Shown: positions 12,341 through 23,750, counted from the first letter of the whole stretch. The stretch: DNA of 63,821 bases, filler included, from Octopus bimaculoides (GCF_001194135.2; 6 parts of 6 records of this genome joined end to end with filler, not necessarily neighbours in it), one strand, 5' to 3'. Program-made: numbers and translations. Notes: generated by a model from the sequence alone, not told the origin.

Positions 12341-12689
12341 CTTGCAATAGCTAAAGGCACAATTCCAATTTCCAGTCCAATTCAATTAAGAATACCAAGA
12401 GGAATGCTTCCTCTTCATATAATGTAATATGCCTATAGCAAATAACCTTTATCAGATGGATTTTTCATAATCAATACTTCTCTAAGCTAAGCTGAACCTA
12501 GCACTTCAAGCTCAAACAATTGTGGTACCTGTTTACATCTTAGTAGACTGAGTCATTAAAAGAGCACTGAACAGTGATGGTGACAGGATACAAACTGCCT
12601 ACAACACACGGATTTAACCACTAAGCTGACCAGTAAGTGTCCTCGGAATAAAATCCATCAATTATACTTATGTGGTGTGAAGGAATCAA

Positions 12690-13500
12690 TCTGATCTTGA
12701 TGTGTATGAGTAACAACTCCAGTGGAGCATACGAGCTTCATTCCTCCTCTCCAGCCTTTGCATATCTCCTGCATTCAGGGCCCACGTCTCACTATCATGC
12801 AGCATCACAGTTCATATTCATGCATCATACAATCTTCCTTTTGGTTACCAACAGAAGTAAAAGCCCTCTGAACTTTCTCCAATCCATTCTTATTCTAGCA
12901 ATTACTTTCTGTACAACCTCCTCCACTGCTAATTAAATCACCTAGGTAGCAAAAATTATCTACAATTTCTAGAGAACTACAAGATCATTTAAGGAAGTCG
13001 GTTTTCTATGGTCTTTATGGCTCCTTTACACCTTCCATATACAAACACTACTTTCTCTTTTTATATTCCAACTATTTCACTGCAGTTCTTGCATGTCTGT
13101 AGCTTGCACTGGGTACACCAAATGGTATTTCCGCCAACACCCTCCCCCTTTCTACATATGGAGCAGAGCCAGTGACCCGATGGGTGAAGGATCTTGGTCT
13201 TCGCTGAGTTTATTTTAAGACCATTTTATTGCAGGTTCTGTTTCCACAGATTCTGCTATGAGGGCAAGATCATGAGCATGTAGGAGTTCCCATGGGCATC
13301 CAGTCGTAAATTCCTCTGTTATGGCCTAGAGGATGATAATGAATAGGAGGCTGAAGACCGACCCTTGGCGGACACCTACCTGTACACTAAATTCATCAGT
13401 ATATCCATGGCCAACTCTTATCTTACTAACAACACTCCTGTACATAGACTATACTGCTTTCGTATGCCAATCCTTTCCAGAGCCTCCAAAAGAAAAAAAT
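12690..13500 (-). mobile_element. RTE-clade LINE RT fragment with a Cys-rich (PHD-like) insert
   Basis: MYRSVVSKIRVGHGYTDEFSVQVGVRQGSVFS...GCPWELLHAHDLALIAES (YADD decayed to HAHD); WLCSICRKGEGVGGNTIWCTQCK...CKNCS; LEIVDNFCYLGDLISSGGGC; DSETWALNAGDMQRLER. Confidence 0.88.
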
Positions 13501-14057
13501 TATTTTCAACTAGAAATTTGACCTGAATACTTGCAGCAGAGTGGCTCCATTAAAGGCACTCAGAGGTCAAATGGTAGTGCTAAATCTATTGACAGATTAA
13601 CTCATAAACAGAAACAGTTCCTTCAACAGGCTTCAATTGTTTTCATCAGCCAGTTTTCACTTACACCTTGGACAAAGAAGAAAAGAATTACTTAAGGTGC
13701 GGTGCAGTGAGATTGAATCTAAAGCCACAAAGTTGTAAAGCAGACTTCAAGAACCACACAGCTTTGCTTGTGCTTATAGTTTAGAAACTCCTTTGTATGC
13801 ATTTTGGAACATTGAAACATTTAATTGTAATTTTCATCTTAAGCTTACTATTGAATATGAATTATATCAATCCTTGAACAAACAAAACAAAACGAAAAAA
13901 AAAAAAACTCTATTATAAGAGGAAAGGGAAAGGGCAAAAATATGAGATGACAACATCACTATTACGAAATTTTATTTCTTTTATAAATCATGCATAAAGT
14001 AGAACTGAACCATAAAAATATGTTTGCTTTTTAGGGATAAACAAAGTGTTTTTACAC

Positions 14058-14140
14058 AAATATAGAAAATGAACATAAAAGAAAGAGGAACGTGAGAGAT
14101 CTCCTATTTTTACTTCCTTTTATGTTTGTTTTGTATATTT
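14058..14140. other. Imperfect 83-bp hairpin (28-bp arms, 4 mismatches)
   Basis: aaatatagaaaatgaacataaaagaaag (14058-14085) versus the reverse complement of 14113-14140, aaatatacaaaacaaacataaaaggaag; GAGATCTC palindrome in the loop. Confidence 0.7.
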
Positions 14141-14558
14141 TCATACAAAATAGCCAAAAACAGAAAACACAATTTAAAAAGATAATGTAATCAAATATTT
14201 AATTAATTTTAAAAAATAACATGGAAAATGTTGAATCAAACGAGGTTTCTTTATTCTTAAAGTTAAGATTAATTATTGTGTAGTTGTACTTGCTTGGCAA
14301 GTGGCTTAATCTGCGATTGTGTATTGAAATGGAAACAATTACATTGCAAAAAGATCAGGACAAAACCTTTTGACATTTTTAGTATACAACACTTTCATGA
14401 AGTAAAGTAAAAGTGAATATAACGGTGTGTGTGTGTGTGTTTAAATGACTATCATGATACTTCCACAATGTAAGATTAGATATTTAAGGAAAAAATCAAA
14501 CAGTCTTTTTTGCTTTTTCATGAAGATAAAATATGTTGCTTACCAAACATACATGCAT

Positions 14559-14591
<33 letters not shown>

Positions 14592-14802
14592 TATATATTA
14601 ATATTTTATAAGTTTAAAGCCTATAAGCAATCACCATGTAATGACTAAAGAAACTAGTCTAATATTGGGGCATATAAGCCCTTAATGGAAAAAGTAGTAT
14701 ACATTTATATTCCTTGCACAAAACCGATTGGTAAGATCAGCCGTGATGGATATATAATGCTATACGTTTCAGATAATACATATATATATATATATATATA
14801 TA

Positions 14803-14856
14803 TCATCATCATCATCATCGTTTAACGTCCGCTTTCCATGCTAGCATGGGTTGGAC
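14803..14856 (-). mobile_element. Probable 3' tail of an RTE-type LINE or SINE, truncated by the assembly spacer
   Basis: (CAT)n followed by cgtttaacgtccgctttccatgctagcatgggttggac, i.e. a (GAT)n-tailed end on the minus strand. Family assignment is inference. Confidence 0.4.
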
Positions 14857-14956
14857 NNNNNNNNNNNNNNNNNNNNNNNNNNNNNNNNNNNNNNNNNNNN
14901 TTAATTAATTAANNNNNNNNNNNNNNNNNNNNNNNNNNNNNNNNNNNNNNNNNNNN
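14857..14956. other. Artificial assembly spacer (44 N + TTAATTAATTAA + 44 N)
   Basis: Identical 100-bp layout in five places; the 12-mer has stop codons in all six frames. Confidence 0.95.
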
Positions 14957-15473
14957 TATATATACACACGCATACACACACACACATTCTGACTAGCATC
15001 TTTCCTTCCTCACTGCATCTTCTTTTCTCTCTCCCTCTCTCTCTCTCTCCCTCTCTCCCTCTCCCTCTCTCTTTCGCTCTCTCTCTCTTTCTCTCTCTTT
15101 CTCTCTCTTTCTCTCCATCCCCGCTCGCTTTCTCTCCAGATTTATAACTATATGTCACACAAATTCACACAGACATCACACGGAAAATAAAGAAATTATC
15201 TTCGCAAACTAACCATGAGGTTAAGAATTTTGTTTTACAATCACATGTTTCCTGGTTCGATTCCACTCTCCGGCTTCTGTTTCCATGACATCAACTACAA
15301 TGATGGTGGTGGTAGTGATGATGTTCATCGTTGAGGTGATATACATAAAGCGGCCATTGTTATTTATTTATTCATTTATTTATTTATTTATTTACATAAT
15401 TTGCATGCAAAATAATATTCAAAAGGGCCTTACCATCATTTTAGCGGCAGCCTGTCCAACAATACCTAACATA

Positions 15474-16132
15474 TACGTGGTATGATCAATAAGTATCCGG
15501 ACTGTCACTATAGCAACGTAACTAAAGCACGCAGAGCAAGGCCGCTTGGCACAGATTGACCTTGAACTCTGCTGTGTATGCGCGCTCAGGTTTAACGTTC
15601 TAGCTCACGCCCACTGTTTACAGCAGTACTTCGAAGGAACGTGTGTAGCGTGTGATCCATCACATTGATCATGACAGAGAAAGTTGAGCAGAGAAGCTGC
15701 ATCAAATTTTGCCAAAAGCTTGGTGATACCTGCCCAGAGGCCTACGCAAAGTATTCAAAAAGTTTTTATCGTTCCCGACAAAATTAAGGAGATCTCGTGC
15801 AACTGAAACCCAAGTGTTTTTTTGGTCAGCTGAACCCCTCATACACATGTGTGGGGCTCGTACACTCCTTTCCATACACTTTCTAAAACTTTGCTTAGGC
15901 CTCTGTGCAGGTGTCGCCATGAAAGTTTACTCTGTCATGGTCAATGCGACGATCACACACTACACACCTTCCTTCCAAGCACTTCTGTAAACAGCGGAAG
16001 TGAACGAGTACGTTAAAACTTAGTGCGCATGCACAGCAGAGTTCAAGGTCTATCTGTGCCAAGCGGCTTTACTCTGCGTGCTTTAGCTTCGTTACTATGG
16101 CAACAGTTTGATACTTATTGATCAGACCTCGT
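15474..16132. mobile_element. Mariner-derived fold-back element made of two inverted transposon 5' ends
   Basis: Left arm TACGTGGTATGATCAATAAGTATCC...; right arm reverse complement ACGAGGTCTGATCAATAAGTATC.... The arms align for about 270 bp (roughly 80% by eye). Left arm encodes MTEKVEQRSCIKFCQKLGDTCPEAYAK; right arm (minus) carries KVYGKECTSPTHVYEGF and VARDLLNFVGNDKNFLNT. Confidence 0.88.
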
Positions 16133-16331
16133 TCTTCCTTTATTAAAACGACAGAATGTGATGTAAGGGAGACTTGGCTACTATTTCCAGTAACACTGTC
16201 GTCGTTTTAGCAGCTTCCACAACTACAATCCAACGTTTCCTTTATTAATGCGACAGGATGTGATTTAAGGGAGACAGGACTGCTATTTCTAGCCAAAGAC
16301 TTTCTCAAGCTGGTTATAAAGTAACAGCATA

Positions 16332-16442
16332 CAGGCTCAGCAGATCCAAGAGGCTGAGCAGGTTCAACAGACCCAAGAAGCTAAGCAGGCACTACAGCTT
16401 AAGCAGGCTCAGCAAGTTCAACAGGTTCGGCGGACTCAGTAG
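16332..16442 (+). repeat. Degenerate 9/18-bp tandem repeat (CAGGCTCAG/CAGGTTCAA) reading as a Gln-rich peptide
   Basis: Frame QAQQIQEAEQVQQTQEAKQALQLKQAQQVQQVRRTQ* is open; the EPAEPV frame on the opposite strand has stops. Confidence 0.6.
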
Positions 16443-19299
16443 GCTCTGGTTTGGCACAAAAGTACCGTAGTCTGCGGCGTTTCGACTCAGTTTCAATGAT
16501 ACTGTAGAAACAGTGTTTGCTGTGAACAATCGGCTTGTCTACGCCTACCGTGTTTACCAGACATAAATAAAATATTACTAAATAGAATGAAAAATAAGAA
16601 GTGAACTGAATTGGCTTCAGCCAGTTATGTTATTTATCACATTCTAAAGAGATATATATTTTAAAAGCAAAATTATTGTCAACAAAATTATAATAGCAAC
16701 CAATTTTATTTGGATGATAGCATTTCAGGCTTTGTTAGGGTAAAAGAATATAACTTTTGTTATTACGATTTCTATTTAGTGAAATATCAATAATGATTGT
16801 ATTCGATTTTTTTCATCTCCTCTATTGATTTTTATCCTAAAACAAATCCTGGTGAAAATTTTCGAGTGCGTTTAATATGAATGAATGTGTATGTATGTTT
16901 ATGAGCCGGCTGTTGTGAGATTTACCAATTAAATCAAACACTGTATTTCAATTGAGAATCACGGTGTAGCATTCATTCTTCCAATGTATGGCTTTAAATG
17001 GTTAACTGATTCGTGTTTGTAAAATAAAACAGTCAGATTGTAGGAATGGGAGGTGAGTTAGATAAATACGATGAATAAAATTCAATAAAACTTAGATTAT
17101 AGAATAGAGGTCATCCCAATAGGTCAAAAATATTCAATAAAATTTATCAGTAGAACTTTTTAAAGTATTTTGTAGACGATTTAACATCGGAGACATCAAA
17201 TAGAAATGGTAGCTGCAGAGAATTTCTTCCTCACGAGACGCTTTGCAACTTATTCAATCTTATCGGTAGATCACTTTTGAATAGTTTATAGCTTAACTAT
17301 ATGTCCCTTGAGTCGGCAGCGTTGTTTGTCTTGATCTACATTAAATGGTAATAATATACGACAGAAAGACCTATAGGTATCAACATTACAACTGTTAAAT
17401 GATAATTCTCATGAATATGTATTAAGCAGTCTGTCTGTCTTTCTACTCACATTTTCTCTCTTTCTCTCTGTCTCTCTCTCTGTCTCTCTCTCTCTCTCTG
17501 TATGTACGTCTGTGTGTGTGTGTGTGTGTGTGTGTGTCTGTGTGTGTGTGCGTGTGTGTACAGATTGTACACTTGTACACATTTGTTCTGTACTCACGCA
17601 TTCACACGATTCTACACACGCACTCATTCACACAAAGCACACACGCATAGATACAAGTATAAGCGTACAAAAGCGCATNNNNNNNNNNNNNNNNNNNNNN
17701 NNNNNNNNNNNNNNNNNNNNNNNNNNNNNNNNNNNNNNNNNNNNNNNNNNNNNNNNNNNNNNNNNNNNNNNNNNNNNNNNNNNNNNNNNNNNNNNNNNNN
17801 NNNNNNNNNNNNNNNNNNNNNNNNNNNNNNNNNNNNNNNNNNNNNNNNNNNNNNNNNNNNNNNNNNNNNNNNNNNNNNNNNNNNNNNNNNNNNNNNNNNN
17901 NNNNNNNNNNNNNNNNNNNNNNNNNNNNNNNNNNNNNNNNNNNNNNNNNNNNNNNNNNNNNNNNNNNNNNNNNNNNNNNNNNNNNNNNNNNNNNNNNNNN
18001 NNNNNNNNNNNNNNNNNNNNNNNNNNNNNNNNNNNNNNNNNNNNNNNNNNNNNNNNNNNNNNNNNNNNNNNNNNNNNNNNNNNNNNNNNNNNNNNNNNNN
18101 NNNNNNNNNNNNNNNNNNNNNNNNNNNNNNNNNNNNNNNNNNNNNNNNNNNNNNNNNNNNNNNNNNNNNNNNNNNNNNNNNNNNNNNNNNNNNNNNNNNN
18201 NNNNNNNNNNNNNNNNNNNNNNNNNNNNNNNNNNNNNNNNNNNNNNNNNNNNNNNNNNNNNNNNNNNNNNNNNNNNNNNNNNNNNNNNNNNNNNNNNNNN
18301 NNNNNNNNNNNNNNNNNNNNNNNNNNNNNNNNNNNNNNNNNNNNNNNNNNNNNNNNNNNNNNNNNNNNNNNNNNNNNNNNNNNNNNNNNNNNNNNNNNNN
18401 NNNNNNNNNNNNNNNNNNNNNNNNNNNNNNNNNNNNNNNNNNNNNNNNNNNNNNNNNNNNNNNNNNNNNNNNNNNNNNNNNNNNNNNNNNNNNNNNNNNN
18501 NNNNNNNNNNNNNNNNNNNNNNNNNNNNNNNNNNNNNNNNNNNNNNNNNNNNNNNNNNNNNNNNNNNNNNNNNNNNNNNNNNNNNNNNNNNNNNNNNNNN
18601 NNNNNNNGTGTTTGTGTAGAAGTGTGATAGATTTATCCCGTTTTATGTGTTTTATTTTAATATTCTATTATTTCCTGACGAATTTTCTTGTTGCACATCT
18701 GAAACGTCAATTTCCCTTGTGTCTCTGCTATATCAATCTTTGATGTTATCACCAAGATAATCTAAGTTTAAATGTCCTCATCGATGACAGCACTCATGGC
18801 GCTAACTGAAACGACAAGTTTTAAGTATAACTGACGTTAAATTTTTACAGAATCATACTGAATCAATCTGATTGCGCAGTTTCGTATTTCTAACTGTTAT
18901 TCACATTGGTTGATGGTCCCGTCTTTCCTTCTTTTCATTTGTTGTTTTAAATGCCTTTTTTCTGTTCGGTTAAATAATAAGGTTATCTGTGAGTATCAAC
19001 GTATTTTCACCAACTCCAGATACTCATGATTCAACGCCCAATAAAATTACGTCTTCAAATCTCCAAGCGGCCAAGTCTCGACATATTAGGTTATTAAATT
19101 CTTCACTCTGAGATTTGAACTAGAGTTTCGACATTGTGAACGTGACATACGCATTACCTGTGTATACCTATTATCATATTTTAATCTCATAATTGATTGA
19201 CAGAAAGCTGTACTACTCAATTACTAATATCTTTCTATCCTTCATGAAATCTCTCTGAAGGCCAAACTATCTAAAACTGATGGAATTTATCTTCAGTAC

Positions 19300-19475
19300 C
19301 GGCATTCCGTCGATTACGACGACAAGGCTTCATGCTGATCCAATCATCAGAGCAGCCTGTTTGTGCAATTAACGTGCAGGTGGCTGAGCATTCCGCAGAC
19401 ACCTGTCTCCTTAATGTAGTTCTCAGTCAGATTGAGCGTGATACAAAATGTGACAAGGCTGGGCCCCTTTGAATT
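19300..19475 (-). mobile_element. SINE family D 3' fragment
   Basis: ggcattccgtcgattacgacgac...gtggctgagcattcc.cagacac...gtgacaaggctgggcccctttgaatt is colinear with 44385-44625. Confidence 0.75.
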
Positions 19476-19570
19476 CCTATAAGCTTCACGCTTCCTATAA
19501 GCCCCTTTGAATTCCTATAAGCTTCACGCTTCCTATAAGCCCCTTTGAATTCCTATAAGCTTCACGCTTC
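19463..19570. repeat. 38-bp tandem repeat, about 2.8 copies
   Basis: Unit gcccctttgaattcctataagcttcacgcttcctataa starts at 19463, 19501 and 19539 (partial). Confidence 0.95.
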
Positions 19571-19600
19571 ACAGATACATTCCAGATTTATTCTCTGGCA

Positions 19601-19997
19601 TTCTTCTATTTGTTTCAGTCATTTGACTGCGGCCATGCTGGAGCATCGTCTTTTAGTCGAACAAATCGACCCCAGGACTTATTCTTTGTAAGCCTAGTGC
19701 TTATTCTATTGGTCTCTTTTGCCGAACTGCTAAGTTACGGGGAGGTAAACACACAAAGAGCGGTTGTCAAGCGATGGTTGGGGGTACAAACACACGCACA
19801 CACTCACATACACACACAAACACACACACACATACGACGAGCTTCTTTCAGTTTCCGTCTACCAAATCTACTCACAAGGTTTTGCTCGGCCCGAGGCTAT
19901 AGTAGAAGACACTTGCCCAAGGTGCCACGCTGTGGGGCTGAACCCGGAACCATGTGGTTGGGAAGCAAGCTTCTTACCACACAGCCACTCCTACGCC
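19601..19997 (-). mobile_element. SINE family A, near full length, with internal (CA)n
   Basis: Reverse complement of the 23352-23750 copy, including the tRNA-like head and the ...gtcaaatgactgaaacaa tail. Confidence 0.9.
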
Positions 19998-20027
19998 TAT
20001 ATTGGTAGCACCGCCGCAACTGGCAAA

Positions 20028-20050
20028 ATGGCGGAAAAATTCCTAGTCCT
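20028..20050 (+). CDS. Possible short first coding exon (MAEKFLV + 2 nt)
   Basis: GCAAAATGGCGG start context in a CpG-rich patch, followed by a GTGAGC donor-like site at 20051. No downstream exon identified. Confidence 0.2.
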
Positions 20051-21073
20051 GTGAGCATCAATCAAGGTACAGGAAACAGCGGGAACGATCGCCTCATCCT
20101 AACACACAGAAGTTTAAGAAAAAAAAAAAAAACACAGCGATCCTCTCGACTCGGCAAGTTTCGCAACAAATTCCATCGTCTTCCGCCATTCAGGAGGAGA
20201 CGGGCAATGAATAATGACCAGCGTTAGTAGATTGTCTATCATCGTTTCGGGGTCGATAAAGTAAGTACCAATTGAGCACTGAATCGATTTCATCGGCTTC
20301 GCCCCCCCCCCCCCNNNNNNNNNNNNNNNNNNNNNNNNNNNNNNNNNNNNNNNNNNNNNNNNNNNNNNNNNNNNNNNNNNNNNNNNNNNNNNNNNNNNNN
20401 NNNNNNNNNNNNNNNNNNNNNNNNNNNNNNNNNNNNNNNNNNNNNNNNNNNNNNNNNNNNNNNNNNNNNNNNNNNNNNNNNNNNNNNNNNNNNNNNNNNN
20501 NNNNNNNNNNNNNNNNNNNNNNNNNNNNNNNNNNNNNNNNNNNNNNNNNNNNNNNNNNNNNNNNNNNNNNNNNNNNNNNNNNNNNNNNNNNNNNNNNNNN
20601 NNNNNNNNNNNNNNNNNNNNNNNNNNNNNNNNNNNNNNNNNNNNNNNNNNNNNNNNNNNNNNNNNNNNNNNNNNNNNNNNNNNNNNNNNNNNNNNNNNNN
20701 NNNNNNNNNNNNNNNNNNNNNNNNNNNNNNNNNNNNNNNNNNNNNNNNNNNNNNNNNNNNNNNNNNNNNNNNNNNNNNNNNNNNNNNNNNNNNNNNNNNN
20801 NNNNNNNNNNNNNNNNNNNNNNNNNNNNNNNNNNNNNNNNNNNNNNNNNNNNNNNNNNNNNNNNNNNNNNNNNCCGCCACTCGAAATTCTTGGTCCTATG
20901 CCAAAATTAGTAAAAAGAAATATTATTCTTTGATTGTATTTCAGCATGATGAAAGTCTCATTGATTCCTTAGAACAATTGGTATTAAATCTTCAAACTAG
21001 CACACGACTAGAAATGCAAAAGTGACTAAAACTAATTTGATTGAAGGAATACACGCACACTAATAATTGCGTG

Positions 21074-21540
21074 TGTACATACATACATGTATAAATACAT
21101 ACATATATACATACATACATGCATAAATACATATGCATACATACATACATACACACACACACAAACATACATACATACATACATATATACATACACACAC
21201 GCATACATACGCACACACGCATACACATACATACATACATACATACATACATACATACATACATACCTGCACGCATACATATACATACATTCATACATAC
21301 ATACATACATACATACCTGCATGCATACATATACATACATTCATACATACATACATACATACAGACAGATATAAGCCTACCAACCGACGTTATATACATA
21401 CACACATACAATCATACATACATACATACAAGCACATATACACACACAAGCATATACATATATACATATAGATACATATATACGCACGTAGATACATATA
21501 CATATTCATATATATTCATATACACACACACATACATACA
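21074..21540. repeat. Compound (ATAC)n/(AC)n/(AT)n microsatellite
   Basis: Direct reading of the sequence; source of the YIHT and MYVC ORFs. Confidence 0.95.
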
Positions 21541-21889
21541 TTTTATTCTCGTTCCCTCTATAGATTTCTATTTTGCTCTTTTGTTAATTATGAAATAAAT
21601 TTTGTGTCCTATTCTATTCTATTCCATTCCATTCAGTTCATTTTCATTCCATTATATTCCATCTATACACAGCTTTCCCCCACTCCTTCCCAGTTCACAT
21701 CATTCTATTCTGTCCCAGTGTATATAAATATCCTAGTACTTATAGCAAGACTGTCATGAAGTATGGTTATTTAAGTTATAATGCAATTGTCCTTGGTAAT
21801 CCAGTTAAAAATATATAAAGAAAAAGAAAGCAGCGGAAGATAAATTCGCAATGTATAAGTGTGTGTGTATAAGTGTGTATTTACTTTAA

Positions 21890-22680
21890 AGGTAGTTGCG
21901 GTGGTGGTGGCTGTGGTTGTGGTTGTGGTGGTGAGGGTGATGATGGTGGTGGTTATGGTGGTAGTGGTGGTTATAGTGGTGGTGGTGGTTATGGTGGTGG
22001 TGGTTTTGGTGTTTGCGGTGGGGGGTTGTAGTGGTCGTAATAGTGATTGTAGTGGTGGTAGATGTAGCGTGATGGTTGTGGTGATACTGTTGTTGTTGAT
22101 GGTGATTGTATTTGTGGTGGTGGTTGTATTGGTGGTGAATACAGTGATTGTAATTACAGTGATTGTTGGTAGTTGCGGTGATGGTGGTGGTTGTGGCAGG
22201 TGTTGTGGTGATGGTTATAATGATGAGGTTGGCGGTAGTGGTTGTAGTAGTGTTTGTGGTGGTCGTTGTGGTAGTTGTAGTGGTGATGGTTGTAGTAATG
22301 ATAATGCTGGCGATGATGATGGTGGTAATAGTTTTAGTAGTTGTGGTGGTGGTTGTGGTGGTGATGGTGCGTGTGATAGTTGTGGTGACTGTGGTGGTAA
22401 TGATGGTGGCGGTGATGTTTGTAGTTGTGGTTGTAATAGGTGCTGTGGTGATGTTTGTGGTGGTTGTAGTGTTTGTGGTGGTTGTAGTGTTGATTTTGTT
22501 CGTGTTGGTAATAGTTGTGTTGATCGTGGCGGTAGCGGGAGCACTGTATTTGTAGTGCTAATGCTCATTGCTAATGGCGCCAATGGTGATAGCTATGGTG
22601 TTGGTAGCAGTTGTGGGTAACTGTGGTGATGATGTGATTTTAATTGTCGTGGTGTTGGTGATGGTGATGGCCATGGTTTC
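21890..22680. repeat. Degenerate (GGT/GTG/GAT/GTT)n trinucleotide array
   Basis: About 800 bp of G+T-only-biased 3-bp periodic sequence; source of the poly-V, G/C-rich and P/Q-rich ORFs. Confidence 0.92.
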
Positions 22681-22785
22681 TTATCCCTCTATTTTCCTTT
22701 AGTTTACCGTTATCCCCAAGAGCTCAATGTTTTTTCCTTCTCATATGCTGTTTAACGAACTGAGCCTATTTTCTCCTTATATTAT

Positions 22786-23006
22786 GCTTTTCTATTCTTG
22801 GCACAAGGGCTCTGAAATTTTGGAGGAGGGGGAGCCAGCCGATTAGATCGACTACAGTACGTAACTGGTACTTAATTTATCGGCCCCGAAAGGATGAAAA
22901 GCAAAATCGACCTCGGCGGAATTTGAACTCAGAACGTAAAGACAGACGGAATATCGCTAAGCAGTTCGTCCGGCGTGCTAACGTTTCTGTCAGCTCACCG
23001 CTTGTC
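22786..23006 (-). mobile_element. SINE family B, full length, with 14-bp TSD
   Basis: TCTCCTTATATTAT at 22772-22785 and 23007-23020; tRNA-like head and ...GGTCGATTTTGCTTTTCATCCTTTCGGGGCCGATAAATTAAGTACCAG core on the minus strand. Confidence 0.92.
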
Positions 23007-23351
23007 TCTCCTTATATTATTAAGGAATCTTTTGGTAGCTTTCGTTTACCTGAGGACCTCGGCATTTAGCCTTAATCTTTTAATTCATATTTATTTCGGT
23101 CATTGCAGAATTATAATCGAACGAATCGTCTGCAGTTCTTATTTTCTTACTAAGCGTGGTACTTATGCTATCGATCTCTTTGGTCGAACAGCAAAGTTAC
23201 AGAGACGTAATCACACCAAACACCAGTTGTCAAGCGGTGGAAGACAAACACAGGCACAAAAGTGCAATCACATTCGAAAGAAGTCCGTCGTTTGTGAGTG
23301 AGTGTCTGTATATATATATGTGTGTTTCTGTACATATATATATATATGTAT

Positions 23352-23520
23352 GCGCAGGGGTGGCTGCATGGTTAGTAGCTTGCTCACCAACCACATGTCT
23401 CGGGTACATTCCCACTGCGTGGCACCTCGGGCAAGTGTCTTCTACTATAGCCTCGGGCTGACCAAAGCCTTGTGAGTGGATTTGGTAGACGGAAACTGAA
23501 AGAAGCCTGTCGTATATATG

Positions 23521-23568
<48 letters not shown>

Positions 23569-23750
23569 TCCCCCCAACATCGCTTGACAACCGATGATGG
23601 TGTGTTTACGTCCCCGTAACTTAGCGGTTCAGCAAAAGAGACCGATAGAATAAGTACTAGGCATCCAAAGAATAAGTCCTGGGGTCGATTTACTCGACTA
23701 AAGGCGGTGATTCAGCATGGCCGCAGTCACATGACTGAAACAAGTAAAAG
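23352..23750 (+). mobile_element. SINE family A, full length, bipartite with internal (TA)n(TG)n microsatellite
   Basis: tRNA-like head TGGCTGCATGG...GGGTACATTCCC; CORE-like CTCGGGCAAGTGTCTTC; microsatellite at 23513-23566; 3' module ending gactgaaacaagtaaaag. Confidence 0.92.

Noticed and set aside
14901-14912. TTAATTAATTAA as a conserved biological motif or CRISPR-like repeat
   Set aside because: Always centred in exactly 88 N; an artificial six-frame-stop linker.
21859-22620. 253-aa Val/Gly/Cys-rich ORF and the opposite-strand Pro/Gln-rich ORF
   Set aside because: A by-product of a degenerate GTG/GGT trinucleotide array; no splice or start context and no domain.
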